From an uncultured Pseudomonadota bacterium (GTDB taxonomy: Bacteria; BMS3Abin14): DNA of 6,569 bases. The position numbers were made by a program, and so were the translations under genes. The stretch covers positions 1 through 6,569 of the forward strand of contig CAYVSA010000090.1 of NCBI GenBank assembly GCA_964454175.1, read 5' to 3'. Positions 5,897 through 6,569 of the stretch are shown here, piece by piece; position 1 is the first letter of the stretch; each line of letters opens with the position of its first letter. The notes under the pieces were generated by a model, which saw only the letters and a list, made by a program, of their open reading frames with translations, was not told the DNA's origin and did not search any database.

Positions 5897-6532
5897 ATGA
5901 CATATCAACCAGAAACTGCTGGTGAGCATATAAAGTTATCAAAACCATCCGATCCTGAAGTAAAGTGCATGTCCAGGCGGCGCTTCCTGTTTCGAACGGG
6001 TCTTTTCACCGGCCTTGCTTTTATACCCGGAGTTGCTTCAATGCTGAAGACGGGTACTGCCCTGGCATCAGGGGGCAGGATAAAAGTCTTTACTTTTAAC
6101 AAGGGGGGCTACGAGATGGTGGACAAAGTCGTTCGCTCGGAAAAAGAGTGGAAAGAGATCCTCACGCCGGCCCAGTACCGTGTGCTGAGAAAGCAGGGCA
6201 CTGAGAGAGCATTTACCGGGGATTACTGGGACAACAAGGAAGAGGGAATATACCGATGCGCGGGTTGCGGGAACGACCTGTTCTCATCGAAGACCAAGTT
6301 CAAGTCGGGGACCGGCTGGCCCAGCTTCTGGGAACCGGTTGCCCGGGAGAACATCACCCTGAGAGAGGATTCCAGCTTCTTCACACGGCGTACCGAGGTG
6401 TTGTGCGCCAGATGTGACTCGCACCAGGGCCACGTTTTCGACGACGGGCCCAAGCCCACCGGCCTGCGTTACTGCATCAACTCGGTGTCCCTCGCCTTTG
6501 TTCAGACGGCAAAGATTGAAAAATCACAGTAA
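5897..6532 (+). CDS. msrB: Peptide-methionine (R)-S-oxide reductase MsrB, Zn-binding type, with twin-arginine signal
   Basis: Motifs QYRVLRKQGTERAFTG, CAGC and CARC (Zn), GTGWPSF, GHVFDDGP.PTGLRYCINS (catalytic Cys). Tat-like SRRRFL plus hydrophobic region ending in ALA. SD-like AAGGGGG precedes ATG 5897; an alternative start is ATG 5969. Confidence 0.95.
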   Translation: MTYQPETAGEHIKLSKPSDPEVKCMSRRRFLFRTGLFTGLAFIPGVASMLKTGTALASGGRIKVFTFNKGGYEMVDKVVRSEKEWKEILTPAQYRVLRKQGTERAFTGDYWDNKEEGIYRCAGCGNDLFSSKTKFKSGTGWPSFWEPVARENITLREDSSFFTRRTEVLCARCDSHQGHVFDDGPKPTGLRYCINSVSLAFVQTAKIEKSQ

Positions 6533-6548
6533 ATGAATTAGTGCTCCT

Positions 6549-6560
6549 TGCTCTGACACC
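6549..6560 (-). repeat. 12-mer copy (TGCTCTGACACC)
   Basis: Exact reverse-complement match just downstream of the msrB stop. Confidence 0.85.
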
Positions 6561-6569
6561 AGTGTTCCA

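Noticed and set aside
1..6569. Genome-wide UGA reassignment (genetic code 4 or 25)
   Set aside because: UGA acts as a normal stop for the dehydrogenase (916-918) and both msrA genes, and Trp is encoded by TGG. The internal UGAs are limited to two sites, each followed by a hairpin.

Overview
This bacterial window holds a methionine-sulfoxide repair cluster. On the minus strand is a three-gene operon: a selenocysteine MsrA (in-frame UGA in GUFWG plus a SECIS-like hairpin, split into two ORFs by the ORF track), a 94-aa exported protein missed by the ORF track that has its own in-frame UGA and SECIS-like hairpin (candidate uncharacterised selenoprotein), and a Cys-type MsrA with a signal peptide. 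On the plus strand, transcribed divergently, are an OmpR-family response regulator, a HAMP/HisKA sensor kinase and a Tat-signal MsrB. All four putative redox proteins carry N-terminal export signals. The two msr promoters share 11-bp-phased YTTTAY boxes about 50 bp upstream of a -10 element. The 12-mer GGTGTCAGAGCA occurs 10 times (9 independent copies, one with a mismatch). A 5'-truncated MDR-family oxidoreductase with a terminator lies at the left edge, and a 100-N scaffold gap is flanked by a 55-bp duplication that is probably an assembly artefact.
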